64,000 nucleotides of DNA from Amycolatopsis vancoresmycina (lineage in GTDB: Bacteria; Actinomycetota; Actinomycetes; Mycobacteriales; Pseudonocardiaceae), in the NCBI RefSeq assembly GCF_000716785.1, contig NZ_JNYY01000016.1, positions 179,259 through 243,258 on the forward strand, given 5' to 3'. A program made the translations under genes and the position numbers. How positions within the stretch are numbered: the stretch's first letter is position 1; every line of letters begins with the position of its first letter. The notes under the pieces are model-generated. The model saw nothing but the letters and a program-made list of their open reading frames with translations. It made no database searches and was not told where the DNA came from. Of the stretch, positions 32,899 to 41,890 are shown one piece after another.

Positions 32899-34080
32899 TC
32901 ACCACTCCGATTTCCGCAGCTGTCCGTGAACGGCCATGATCATGGACGCCCACTCGTCGTGCCATTCCGGATGTGTTTCGCGCTCCGGATTGCGCAATGT
33001 CGGGTAGAACGGCCCGCCCGCCTCCGCCCGCCGCGTGAACGCGGGATACGGGGGCGAAACCTCTTCCTGGTCCGCGCGCCAGCCGATCCGCACGCACACC
33101 TCGCGGAATTCGCGGCGCTTGGACAGTTCCAGGCCGGCCAGCCGCTGGTGCTGGGCGCGGAATCCCCAGGTGCCGCCGGAGGTGTCCGCCCACGCGGCGT
33201 CCAATTCGGTGATCAGCGCAAGCGGGAGCCGGGCGCCGTCCGACGCGCGCAGCCATCCGCTGCGGCCGCGGCCTGCCGCTTCGGCCAGCACCAGCGTGGT
33301 CACCGTGTCCGCGTGGTCGACTTCGCCGTCCTCGAGGAGTTTCCGGATCTGCCGCACCCGGTCCGTGAGCGCCGGATCCAGTCCGGGTTCGGGCTCCGGC
33401 GGCGGCGTCGCGGGCGGCGGCGACGTGCGTGCGGGCGCCGGCTCGGGCCGTTTCGGGAACGGGATCCGGAAGGGCTCGGCCCGGGTCTCGGGCGGCCGCG
33501 GCGGGAGCGCCGAAACCCCTGGTACGTGGAGGTATGCGGGTTCCCGGAATTCCTTGACCTCGATCCGGACCGGCCGGAACTGCCCGGGCCGCAGCCCACC
33601 GAGCCCCGATCCGACGACCTTCCGGTAAACCGGGCCGGAGATGATCTGCGCGAGGTGCGCGCGGGGATTCTCGTCCAGCGCGGCCCGCAGCGGCTTCGAG
33701 TCGAGCAAGCGGGCGGTGATGATCGAAGCCGGCCCGGCCCAGCCGAGCGGGCCGGCGGTCATGACATCGCTGTGCATGGCGACGCGCAGCCGGATCCGCA
33801 TTTCCGGTTCGTGATCTTCGTTGTGGTCCGCGAGCCGGATGTCCAGTTCGTTGACGAACCCGCGGACGACCGCGATCAAATCCACGTCGGGCGGCACCAT
33901 CGCCAGTTCGCCGTCGCCGCCGGGCTGCCGGTCCCACCGGTCCCGGCCGATTCCCGCGCTCTCCGCCGCCTCCCCCAGAATTCGATCGAGTTCCCGCTGC
34001 AGCACGACGTGCCTTCGGACGGGCCGGTCACTGTACTTCTGGATGTCGACTCCGAGCACGAAACGTTCGAAGAGAGACAC
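32899..34080 (-). CDS. Palm-domain nucleotidyl-cyclase-like protein (class III AC/GC-GGDEF superfamily) with a C-terminal domain of unknown function
   Basis: The GTG at 34080 is preceded by CAGGAGGT (VSLFERFVLGVDIQKYSDR). The metal-binding Asp residues are in GVDIQ and in QPGGDGELAMV, and the sequence IRLRVAMHSDVMTAGPLGWAGPASIITARLLDS matches the class III lrvGihtGpvvaGviG..y.v.GdtVNlAaRle pattern. The C-terminal domain of about 140 aa (GTWGFRAQHQRLAGLELSKRREFREVCVRIGW...WHDEW) is unassigned and may be GUN4-like. The longer track ORF (to 34647) has an Arg-rich junk leader. Confidence 0.55.
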   Translation of the reverse strand: MSLFERFVLGVDIQKYSDRPVRRHVVLQRELDRILGEAAESAGIGRDRWDRQPGGDGELAMVPPDVDLIAVVRGFVNELDIRLADHNEDHEPEMRIRLRVAMHSDVMTAGPLGWAGPASIITARLLDSKPLRAALDENPRAHLAQIISGPVYRKVVGSGLGGLRPGQFRPVRIEVKEFREPAYLHVPGVSALPPRPPETRAEPFRIPFPKRPEPAPARTSPPPATPPPEPEPGLDPALTDRVRQIRKLLEDGEVDHADTVTTLVLAEAAGRGRSGWLRASDGARLPLALITELDAAWADTSGGTWGFRAQHQRLAGLELSKRREFREVCVRIGWRADQEEVSPPYPAFTRRAEAGGPFYPTLRNPERETHPEWHDEWASMIMAVHGQLRKSEW

Positions 34081-34202
34081 GCAACCTCCTGCGCGGCGCC
34101 CCGACCGCTCGAACCGACGAGAGTGACCGGCCCGACAATACTCCCTTCGAATGCCGCTTCTGTGCCAGAAGGCACACAAGCAATAGTTTTTTTCCGCAAG
34201 CG

Positions 34203-34793
34203 TTACTCTTCCACGGCGCGGCCGGCGTTCGCGCGAAGAACGGGCATCGCCAGATCGTCGACGACGTGTTCGGCGAATCCCTCGTCCAGCGGCAGCCGCC
34301 ACAGCCACCGCATGAACATCACCGACGCGACGACCTCTTCGAACAGCCCGGCGTCGGCCGGGCCGGGCAGTTCCCCCCGTTCGACGGCCCGGCCGACCGC
34401 CTCCGCCGGGAGCCGCGCGCCGCTGGAGAACCGGGCCTCGAGCTCGTCGACGAGCTCCGGGTCGGCGGCGCGGGCCTGCACGAGGCCGACCGCGAGCCGG
34501 CCGTCGAACCCGGTGAGCACGTCGGCGAAGCGGCGGGTGTGGGCGAGCAGGTCGCCGCGGAACGTGCCGGTGTCGACGGTCCACTCGGTCTGCGTGCCGT
34601 GGTAGCGGGCCATGGCGGCGACGGTGATCTCCCGCTTGTTGCGCCACCGGCGGTAGATCGTGGCCTTCGACGTGCCCGACCGGGCGGCGACGGCGTCGAT
34701 CGTCATCGACACGTACCCGGCCTCGGCCAGCAGCTCCAGCACGGCGTCGAGGATGCGGGCGTCCCGGGTGGGATCCAGGGGGCGAACACTCAT
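34203..34793 (-). CDS. TetR-family transcriptional regulator
   Basis: The HTH is ILDAVLELLAEAGYVSMTIDAVAARSGTSKATIYRRWRNKREI. It is divergent from the ADH gene. Confidence 0.8.
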   Translation of the reverse strand: MSVRPLDPTRDARILDAVLELLAEAGYVSMTIDAVAARSGTSKATIYRRWRNKREITVAAMARYHGTQTEWTVDTGTFRGDLLAHTRRFADVLTGFDGRLAVGLVQARAADPELVDELEARFSSGARLPAEAVGRAVERGELPGPADAGLFEEVVASVMFMRWLWRLPLDEGFAEHVVDDLAMPVLRANAGRAVEE

Positions 34794-34886
34794 GCCGTGA
34801 GCATATCAGTGCACTTCACAGCGCTGAACAGTACGAAACCGTTTCGTACTGTAGGGTCGACGGCGACTCCGAGAGGAAGGGACACC

Positions 34887-35906
34887 ATGACCGTCACCTC
34901 CTACGCGGCGCACTCCGCGGGCACCCGCCTCGAACCGTACGGCCGCGAGCCCGGCCCGCTCGGCGCGCTGGAAGCCGACGTCCGCGTGACGCACTGCGGC
35001 GTCTGCCACAGCGACATCGGCCAGATCGACGACGAGTACGGCATCACCCGCTACCCCTGCGTCGCCGGCCACGAAGCCGTCGGCGTGGTCGAAGCCGCCG
35101 GCAGCGCGGTCGACACCGAGCTGCTCCCGATCGGCACCCGGGTCGGCGTCGGCGCGATCGCCGGGGCCTGCTTCCGCTGCGCCTTCTGCCTCAGCGGCCG
35201 GCACAACCTCTGCCCGCAGCGCGACGACACCGTCATGCGCGGCGACGGCGGCGCCTTCACCGAGCTGCTCCGCGTCTCCGACTGGCGCACCGCCTACCCC
35301 ATCCCGGACGCCATCCCTTCCGCACAGGCGGCTCCGCTGATGTGCGCCGGTGTCACCGTGTTCGCGCCGCTGCTGCGCCACGGTGTCCGGCCGGTCGACC
35401 GGGTGGCCGTCGCCGGGGTCGGCGGGCTCGGCCACCTGGCCCTGCAGTTCCTGGCCCGGTGGGGTTGCGACGTCACCGCCATTTCGCGGTCACGGTCCAA
35501 AGAGGACGAAGCCCGCTCGTTCGGCGCGACCTCGTTCATCGCCACGGGCGAAGAAGGCGCTCTCGAGGCCGCGGCCGGAACGTTCGACTTCGTCCTCTCG
35601 ACGGTGTCGGCCGACCTGCCGTGGGACGCCTACCTGGACCTCCTGGTCCCCCAGGGCAGGCTGAGCATCGTCGGCGTCCCGCCGGAGAAGATCGCGGTGC
35701 ACCCGATGAGCCTGCTCCCGGCCGAGAAAACCGTTTCCGGGGGCGTTCCGGCCTCCCCGGCGGAAACCAGGCTGATGCTGGACTTCGCCGCCCGCCACGG
35801 AATCGGCCCGCAGGTGGAGCTGTTTCCCGTGGCCGAAATCAACGACGCGATCGACACCGTCCGGGCCGGCCGGGCCCGCTACCGCGCGGTGCTGACCCTC
35901 GTTTGA
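34887..35906 (+). CDS. Zinc-dependent NAD(P)-alcohol dehydrogenase (MDR superfamily, cinnamyl-ADH-like)
   Basis: The ATG at 34887 is preceded by GAGAGGAAGGGA. It has the catalytic Zn motif GVCHSDIGQIDDEYG, the structural Zn motif CxxCxxC (CFRCAFCLSGRHNLC), and a Rossmann motif VAVAGVGGLGHLALQFL. Confidence 0.85.
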   Translation: MTVTSYAAHSAGTRLEPYGREPGPLGALEADVRVTHCGVCHSDIGQIDDEYGITRYPCVAGHEAVGVVEAAGSAVDTELLPIGTRVGVGAIAGACFRCAFCLSGRHNLCPQRDDTVMRGDGGAFTELLRVSDWRTAYPIPDAIPSAQAAPLMCAGVTVFAPLLRHGVRPVDRVAVAGVGGLGHLALQFLARWGCDVTAISRSRSKEDEARSFGATSFIATGEEGALEAAAGTFDFVLSTVSADLPWDAYLDLLVPQGRLSIVGVPPEKIAVHPMSLLPAEKTVSGGVPASPAETRLMLDFAARHGIGPQVELFPVAEINDAIDTVRAGRARYRAVLTLV

Positions 35907-35912
35907 CGCGGG

Positions 35913-38885
35913 TCACGGCAGCAGATCGGGACAGATCTGCCTCGTCAGGGCGAGCAGATCCGCCTTTTCCTCGATCTCCGGGCCGTCGGCGCGCAGCAGT
36001 TCCCGCACCGTGCGGTCCACCATCGACGGCGGCAGCCGGTCGCGCAGGATCCGGAGCTGGTTCAGGAAGAGCACGCGGAACCGCCGGCGCGTTTCGTGGT
36101 CGTAGGGCGCGAAACCGTGCACGGCGTGTTTCAGGCAGGGGAAATACGCGGCCGCCAGCTCGTCGGCACCGGCTCCGCTCCCGGACTTGAGCCAGAGGGT
36201 GATCAGCGCGTTCGCGGGCGAAAGGGGTCGCGCGTCGCCGAAGCCGTAGAACGTGGTGATCATGTTCCCGTAGCCGTCCGCGAACGGCGCCAGTGCGTGG
36301 ACCGCGGTGTCGCCTTCGACGCTGCACAGGAACTCGATCTCCGACGCGAGCGTGTCGAAGGAGAACCGGATCCACCCGCGGTAGCTGTCCTCCCCGATCG
36401 GCTCGGCGTTCGGCTGGAACCGGTAGGACCAGTAGAGGTCGATGTCCGGCTCCGGGGCCTCGGACCGGGCCGCCCCGTTCGTGACCCGGACGACTCTCCT
36501 GCCGTCCTGCCGGCCGCGGAACAGCGTCAGCGCCTCGACGAGTCCGTGCCGTCCTTCGGCGGACAGCTGGGCGGCCCACAGCGTCGCGGTCTTCGTCCAC
36601 TCCCGGACGGGATGCTCGACATCGGGGAAGAGCTGGTCGGTCGTGACCTCGAACGGCGGTCCTGTGACCAGCAGCAGGCACAGGTTCGCGGAATACCGGG
36701 CACAGCGCGCGGGCACCAGGACCCGGTCCGGCCGGTAGCCGGAAAGGGTGGAGTCCCTCGGCAGCAGCGCGGCGCGGAACAGCGTCAGGAGGGTGTCGTA
36801 CACCGGGCGGAAGCGCGGCGCCGCCAGCTCGGCCACGATACTGCCGATGAAGGCGGGCACGGTCTTCCGGTCCGTGAGCGAGGCGAACGACAGCAACGCG
36901 TGGAAGAAGTCGTCGTTGTCGCGCCGCCCTTCGGCGAGGGCCAGCAGTTCCCGCACGGTGAGCCGGGCGATGAGGTACTCGCCGAACGTCGGGTGCATGA
37001 ACTCGTACGTCCGCAGGCGGAGGTGCTCGTCCTTGCGGGCCTGCGCGGTGTGGATGAAGTAGAAACTGCTGATCACCACCCTGGCACTGGCCTCCCCCAC
37101 CGGCAGCGCGGCGAGATCGGCGTCGAGCTCCGCCGCGGTGACCCACTGCCGGCCGCGGTTGAACATGGCGAACGCCGCGACCGACAGCCGGACCAGCTCC
37201 CCTTCGACCAGCCGCGTCACCTCCTCGTCGGGCTCGTCCGCGTGCTGCTTGAGCACCTCCCGCCGCGCGAACCCGGTCAGCAGGCCCTCGTAAAGCTGCA
37301 CCTGCCCGATGGCGTCCCCGTGCTCCGCGAGCGGGCACTCGGTGCGGTCGTAGATCGCCAGGAGCAGGAGCAGCAGGGGCTGGCGGGCCAGCTCGGCGTG
37401 CGGCCGCAGGACGTCGACGGTGAGCGCCGTGCCGTTGAGGCGGCGCCACGGGCCCAGCCACTGCTCGATCTGCTCGTCGTCGAACGGTTCGAGCAGCAGG
37501 CTGACCATTCCGCCGACCGGCCGGGCCCGGTCGGCCACCGACACGCGGCTGGTGACGATCACGACGACCGGGTGCTGCAGATCGGCCTCCCGCTGCTGGA
37601 ACCGGGCCAGCCGCTCGAGGAAGTCGGACTGGCTCGTGTTCGTCGCCTGCAGGAGTTCGTCGAACCCGTCGAGCAGGATCACGGGCACCGCGTCACCCGC
37701 CGAGCGGGCGACCTCGCGCCAGGGCAGCTGCTCCCCGGTCGAGATGCGGAGCCCCTGCTCGATCTGGGTCTGCACGTCGCTGTCGGCGGAAACCTCGCGC
37801 AACGGGACCGGAACGGCCAGGAAGTCGCCGGCCGGCAGCCGCGCCGCGAGCACTTTCGCCAGCATCGACTTCCCCGACCCCGGCTGGCCGAGGACGACGA
37901 GGGGCGCCTCGGTGGCCGACGGCGACGTCAGGTGCCCGATCAGGAACTCCTGCAGGTCGGTGCGGACGGGCTGGCCGTCCCACCACCCTTCGTCGGCGAT
38001 GTTTTCGTTCCCCACCTCGGCGGCGACCCGGAAGCGGGGGTTCACGTAGGCCTCGGCGACGGTGGGCAACCGGATGCCGGCCGGGGTCGCCGGCAGCAGC
38101 GGCCGGGACAGCACCGCCTCGTGGAACCGCGCCAGCCTCGCCCGCCGGTCGTCGGGGGTCCGCCCGGACGCGATTTCCGACAGCACCCGGGTGACCCCCG
38201 CCAGGCCGGCCCGCAAGCGGCGGAGCTCGGCCGTGACCGCCTGGTGGTCGGCCCGGCCCGCCCAGAAGGCGACCTCGGGGAAATCGCCGGCCAGGCGCCG
38301 GAACATGTCCTCGTACGTCGTGACCGCCTTGGCCGTGGCTTCGCCGAGCACCGCCGTTTCGGTGGCCCGCCTGCCCCGCTCGTCCAAGCGGTCCCACCCG
38401 GCCAGCCCGGTGAGGAATTCCAGCACCTCGCCCGCCATCCGGGTGTAGTGGCCGGCCAGGGCTTCGATCGTCTGCTCGTAGGACCGGTGCGGCGCCAGCA
38501 CGGGCGCCGGTGTGCGCAGCAGTGCGGTGGTGAACCGGTCCGGCGGGGTGAGCCCGAGGCCGGCGAGGTCGAAGGGCAGGCGAACCGACGCCACGGCGTC
38601 GAAGAACGCCGCCACCACGATGACGCTGTGCGCGGCGGACAGCTGTTCGCCGCGTTCCACCCGGCTGCTGCCGCGCAGCCGTGTGCTCAGCCGGGACACC
38701 AGTTCGCCGGTCAGCCGGCAGAATCCGGACTCCGCGTCGAACAGGCTCACCGCGACCGCGGACCCGGTGGCGGACAACGCGAACAGGGCACCGCCGGTCA
38801 GCTGGTCGAGGGCGGTCACCACCTTGTTCGGTGCCCCGCCACTCAGCACCAGCACGGCGTCCGCGTAGCTCATAGCCCTCGACAT
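35913..38885 (-). CDS. NACHT-family STAND NTPase (bacterial NLR-like) with an N-terminal helical domain of about 340 aa and a C-terminal helical sensor-like region of about 500 aa
   Basis: The ATG at 38885 is preceded by GGAGGTGG (MSRAMSYADAVLVL). It has Walker A VVLGQPGSGKSMLAKVL, Walker B VILLDGFDELL and the downstream IVTSR. I see no TPR or WD40 repeats. The track ORF start at 39047 adds 54 improbable residues. Confidence 0.8.
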   Translation of the reverse strand: MSRAMSYADAVLVLSGGAPNKVVTALDQLTGGALFALSATGSAVAVSLFDAESGFCRLTGELVSRLSTRLRGSSRVERGEQLSAAHSVIVVAAFFDAVASVRLPFDLAGLGLTPPDRFTTALLRTPAPVLAPHRSYEQTIEALAGHYTRMAGEVLEFLTGLAGWDRLDERGRRATETAVLGEATAKAVTTYEDMFRRLAGDFPEVAFWAGRADHQAVTAELRRLRAGLAGVTRVLSEIASGRTPDDRRARLARFHEAVLSRPLLPATPAGIRLPTVAEAYVNPRFRVAAEVGNENIADEGWWDGQPVRTDLQEFLIGHLTSPSATEAPLVVLGQPGSGKSMLAKVLAARLPAGDFLAVPVPLREVSADSDVQTQIEQGLRISTGEQLPWREVARSAGDAVPVILLDGFDELLQATNTSQSDFLERLARFQQREADLQHPVVVIVTSRVSVADRARPVGGMVSLLLEPFDDEQIEQWLGPWRRLNGTALTVDVLRPHAELARQPLLLLLLAIYDRTECPLAEHGDAIGQVQLYEGLLTGFARREVLKQHADEPDEEVTRLVEGELVRLSVAAFAMFNRGRQWVTAAELDADLAALPVGEASARVVISSFYFIHTAQARKDEHLRLRTYEFMHPTFGEYLIARLTVRELLALAEGRRDNDDFFHALLSFASLTDRKTVPAFIGSIVAELAAPRFRPVYDTLLTLFRAALLPRDSTLSGYRPDRVLVPARCARYSANLCLLLVTGPPFEVTTDQLFPDVEHPVREWTKTATLWAAQLSAEGRHGLVEALTLFRGRQDGRRVVRVTNGAARSEAPEPDIDLYWSYRFQPNAEPIGEDSYRGWIRFSFDTLASEIEFLCSVEGDTAVHALAPFADGYGNMITTFYGFGDARPLSPANALITLWLKSGSGAGADELAAAYFPCLKHAVHGFAPYDHETRRRFRVLFLNQLRILRDRLPPSMVDRTVRELLRADGPEIEEKADLLALTRQICPDLLP

Positions 38886-39021
38886 CCCGCCACCTCCACC
38901 CGGTAGTCGGCGGGACACGGGGCGGTGTTGCGGTATTGCGGCTTCCGGTCCGGCGGGGGTTCCCGCATTACCCCCTTGACGCGCGCCGCCACCCGGTACG
39001 GTGCGCTCGCAGGAGGTACGC

Positions 39022-40029
39022 ATGCCCTCGATCCGCGACGTCGCCAAGCAGGCTCAGGTCTCCACGGCCACGGCTTCCCGGGCCCTGCGCGGGCTTCCCG
39101 CGGTGACCGCCGAGACGCGGGCGCGAGTCGAACGCGTGGCCGCCGAACTCGGTTACGTCATCCCGTTCAACGCCTCGAGCCTCGCTTCGGGCCGGACCAA
39201 TTCCGTCGGGATCGTGGTGCCGTTCGTCTCCCGGTGGTTCTTCGGCACGGTGGTCGCGGGTGCGGAGACCGTGCTGCGCGAAGCCGGCCTGGACCTCGTC
39301 GTGTACGGGGTGCCGGGCGCGCCGAGCCGGGAACGGTTCTTCGCCGAGCTGCCGGTGCGGCGGCGGGTCGACGCGGTCCTCGTGCTGTGCCTGCCGCTGA
39401 CCCGGTGCGAGGCCGACGCCCTGCTGGCGCTCCGGATCCCGGTGGTCCTCGTCGGCAGCACCGCCGACGGCATCTCGTCGGTGCGCATCGACGACGTCGC
39501 CTCCTCGGCCCGGGCGGTGCGGCACCTGGTCGAGCTCGGGCACCGCCGGATCGGGCTGCTCGGGGAAAGCGACCCGCCGCCCCACGGGTTCACCACGCCC
39601 GGCCTGCGCCGCAACGGCTACCTCCGGGTCCTGGCCGAAGCGGGCATCGAACCCGACCCGGACCTGGAGGTGGCCGGCCGGTTCACCGCCACCGAAGGCG
39701 AAGCCGCGATGGCCCGCCTGCTCGCCCGGCGGAACCCGCCGAGCGCGGTGTTCGCGATGTCCGACGAGATGGCGTTCGGCGCGCTGCAGGCCCTGCGCCG
39801 GGCCCGGGTCGACGTCCCCGGCGGCATGTCGGTCATCGGCTTCGACGACCACGAGCTGGCGGCCGCCCTCGACCTTTCGACGATCGCGCAACCGGTCTTC
39901 GCCCAGGGGGAACGCGCGGCCGGGCTCCTGCTCGACCAGCTGCGGCGGCAGGCCCCGCCCGCGGACGTCGTGCTCCCGACCGAGCTGGTCCGCCGGGGCA
40001 CCACCGGACCGGCGGCCGCGCTGAACTGA
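39022..40029 (+). CDS. LacI-family transcriptional regulator
   Basis: The ATG at 39022 is preceded by AGGAGG. The HTH is SIRDVAKQAQVSTATASRALRG and a periplasmic-binding-protein-like sugar-binding core follows. Confidence 0.85.
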   Translation: MPSIRDVAKQAQVSTATASRALRGLPAVTAETRARVERVAAELGYVIPFNASSLASGRTNSVGIVVPFVSRWFFGTVVAGAETVLREAGLDLVVYGVPGAPSRERFFAELPVRRRVDAVLVLCLPLTRCEADALLALRIPVVLVGSTADGISSVRIDDVASSARAVRHLVELGHRRIGLLGESDPPPHGFTTPGLRRNGYLRVLAEAGIEPDPDLEVAGRFTATEGEAAMARLLARRNPPSAVFAMSDEMAFGALQALRRARVDVPGGMSVIGFDDHELAAALDLSTIAQPVFAQGERAAGLLLDQLRRQAPPADVVLPTELVRRGTTGPAAALN

Positions 40030-40035
40030 CCGCCG

Positions 40036-40485
40036 TCAGCGCTCTTCCGCCACCCGCCGGCGGGACCACGCGCCGGCGTCGGTGGTGTAGCGGACGAGGA
40101 GCCGCGCGAACTGGAGGCGTTCCTCCGGCGGCCAGCCGGCAGTGATCTCTTCGAACACCGCGCGCTGCTCGGCGGCGAACCGCGTCCGCTCGGCCTCGCC
40201 GCGTTCGGTCAGCTCGAGCACGGTCCGGCGGCCGTCGGCCTGGGACGCCGCCCGCCGCAGCAGGCCGTCGGCGATGCAGGCCGCGACCGTGCGGCTGGCC
40301 ACCGGCTGCACGACGCCCATCTCCGCGGCCAGCCCGCCGACCGTCAGCTCGCCCGGGGCGTCGGCGACCACGTTCAGCACCAGGTTCCGGGACAGGTCGC
40401 GGCTCGAGGCCGGGGTGCGCCGGCGCAGCCGGGACAGGGCCGGGCCGACCTGGTCCAGCAGCGGGTCTTCGGCGGAACTGGTCAC
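40036..40485 (-). CDS. MarR-family transcriptional regulator
   Basis: It has a winged-helix core (LTVGGLAAEMGVVQPVASRTVAACIADGLLRRAASQADGRRTVLELTERG). It is divergent from the amidohydrolase gene. Confidence 0.75.
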   Translation of the reverse strand: MTSSAEDPLLDQVGPALSRLRRRTPASSRDLSRNLVLNVVADAPGELTVGGLAAEMGVVQPVASRTVAACIADGLLRRAASQADGRRTVLELTERGEAERTRFAAEQRAVFEEITAGWPPEERLQFARLLVRYTTDAGAWSRRRVAEER

Positions 40486-40575
40486 CCGCCGGATCGTAGT
40501 ACCCCCCGCATTTGCATACCAGTGGCAAACTCCATAGCATTAGGTATGCAACTGCGACGAGAAAGCGAGGCCGCC

Positions 40576-41793
40576 ATGGCCACCACTGCCATCACCGGGG
40601 CCCGGGTGTTCGACGGGGAGAAGCCGCTGGGGGTGCAGACCGTCGTCCTCGACGGCCCGAAGATCCGGCGGATCGGCGGCGACGTGCCCGAGGGCGCCGA
40701 AACCGTCGACGGCCGGGGCGCGACCCTGCTGCCCGGGCTCATCGACGCCCACGTCCACTCCAGCCCCGGCTCCCAGGCGCTGGCGCTGCGGTTCGGCGTC
40801 ACGACCGAGCTGGAGATGCAGGGCTTGCACACCCGCGAAAACCGGGCGCACATCACCGAGGACGACACGGTCGCCGACATCCGGTCGGCGGGGTTCGGCA
40901 TCACCCCGCCCGGCGGTCACCCCAGCGAGCTGATGCCGGAGGGGTTCCGGCCGGCGGGCGACCTGCCGCCGGTGAGGCCGCTGATGCCGTTCTCCACCAC
41001 ACCGGAGCAGGCCGCAGCGTACGTCCCCCAGCTGCTGGCGCGCGGTTCCGACTACATCAAGTTCATGATCGACGACGGCAGCGTCGAGGGACACCCCGGG
41101 CTGCCGATGCTCGACCAGGCCACGCTGAACGCGGGCGCCGCCGAGGCCAGGAAGCACGGCGCCCTGACGGTGGCCCACACGCTGACCCTCGACGCCACCC
41201 GGATGGCCGTCGAGGCGGGCATCGACGGCGTGGTCCACGTGTTCATGGACCGGCCGCACACCACCGAGATCGTCGACCTGATCGCCGGGGCGGACATGTT
41301 CGTGGTGCCGTGCATCTGCCTCGACGCGTCGATGATGGGCATCACCGGCAGCACCCTCGCCGACGACCCCCGCGTGGCCCGCCGCCTCGACGTCAAGTGG
41401 GACGAAACCCTGCGGTCGAGCTACCACCGCTACCCGCAGGGCAAACTCGAGGACGTCCTGGAGACGGTGCAGGCATTGGCCACGGCGGGCGTGGACATCC
41501 TGGCCGGCACGGACGCGTCCATGCCCGAAACGTTCTTCGGCGGCCTGGCCCACGGCGCCAGCCTGCATCAGGAACTGCAGTACCTGGTGGCCGCGGGTTT
41601 GACGCCCGCGCAGGCCCTGCGCGCCGCAACGGCCACGACGGCCCGCCGGTTCGGCCTCTCCGACCGGGGCCGGATCGCCGAGGGCCTCCGGGCCGACCTC
41701 CTGCTGGTGGACGGCGACCCGGCGGAGAACATCGCGGACACGCTGAACACCCGCGCCGTCTGGCGCCGTGGCCGCAGGCTCGCGCAGGCGTGA
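40576..41793 (+). CDS. Amidohydrolase-family metal-dependent hydrolase
   Basis: The ATG at 40576 is preceded by GAAAGCGAGG. It has an HxH metal motif (LIDAHVHSS) and downstream His/Asp ligands (VAHTL, GTDAS). Confidence 0.75.
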   Translation: MATTAITGARVFDGEKPLGVQTVVLDGPKIRRIGGDVPEGAETVDGRGATLLPGLIDAHVHSSPGSQALALRFGVTTELEMQGLHTRENRAHITEDDTVADIRSAGFGITPPGGHPSELMPEGFRPAGDLPPVRPLMPFSTTPEQAAAYVPQLLARGSDYIKFMIDDGSVEGHPGLPMLDQATLNAGAAEARKHGALTVAHTLTLDATRMAVEAGIDGVVHVFMDRPHTTEIVDLIAGADMFVVPCICLDASMMGITGSTLADDPRVARRLDVKWDETLRSSYHRYPQGKLEDVLETVQALATAGVDILAGTDASMPETFFGGLAHGASLHQELQYLVAAGLTPAQALRAATATTARRFGLSDRGRIAEGLRADLLLVDGDPAENIADTLNTRAVWRRGRRLAQA

Positions 41794-41890
41794 CCACGGT
41801 TCTTGTGCTGTCCGGCAAGGTGAATCGGGCGCGGCTGCCGGACGTTCCCGTCCGGCGGGTCAGCGCCGGGACGGGAACGGGCGGCCCCGG

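Noticed and set aside
32899-34080. Calling the operon a Pycsar system
   Set aside because: The cyclase-like gene is not followed by a cNMP-binding (CNB) TM or TIR effector. Its partners are SPFH, CHAT and a coiled-coil protein.
35839-38906. ORFs 35839..37461 - and 36096..38906 + over the NACHT gene
   Set aside because: They are off-frame or antisense and Arg/Gly/Pro-rich. The 35913..38885 minus frame has Walker A and B motifs.
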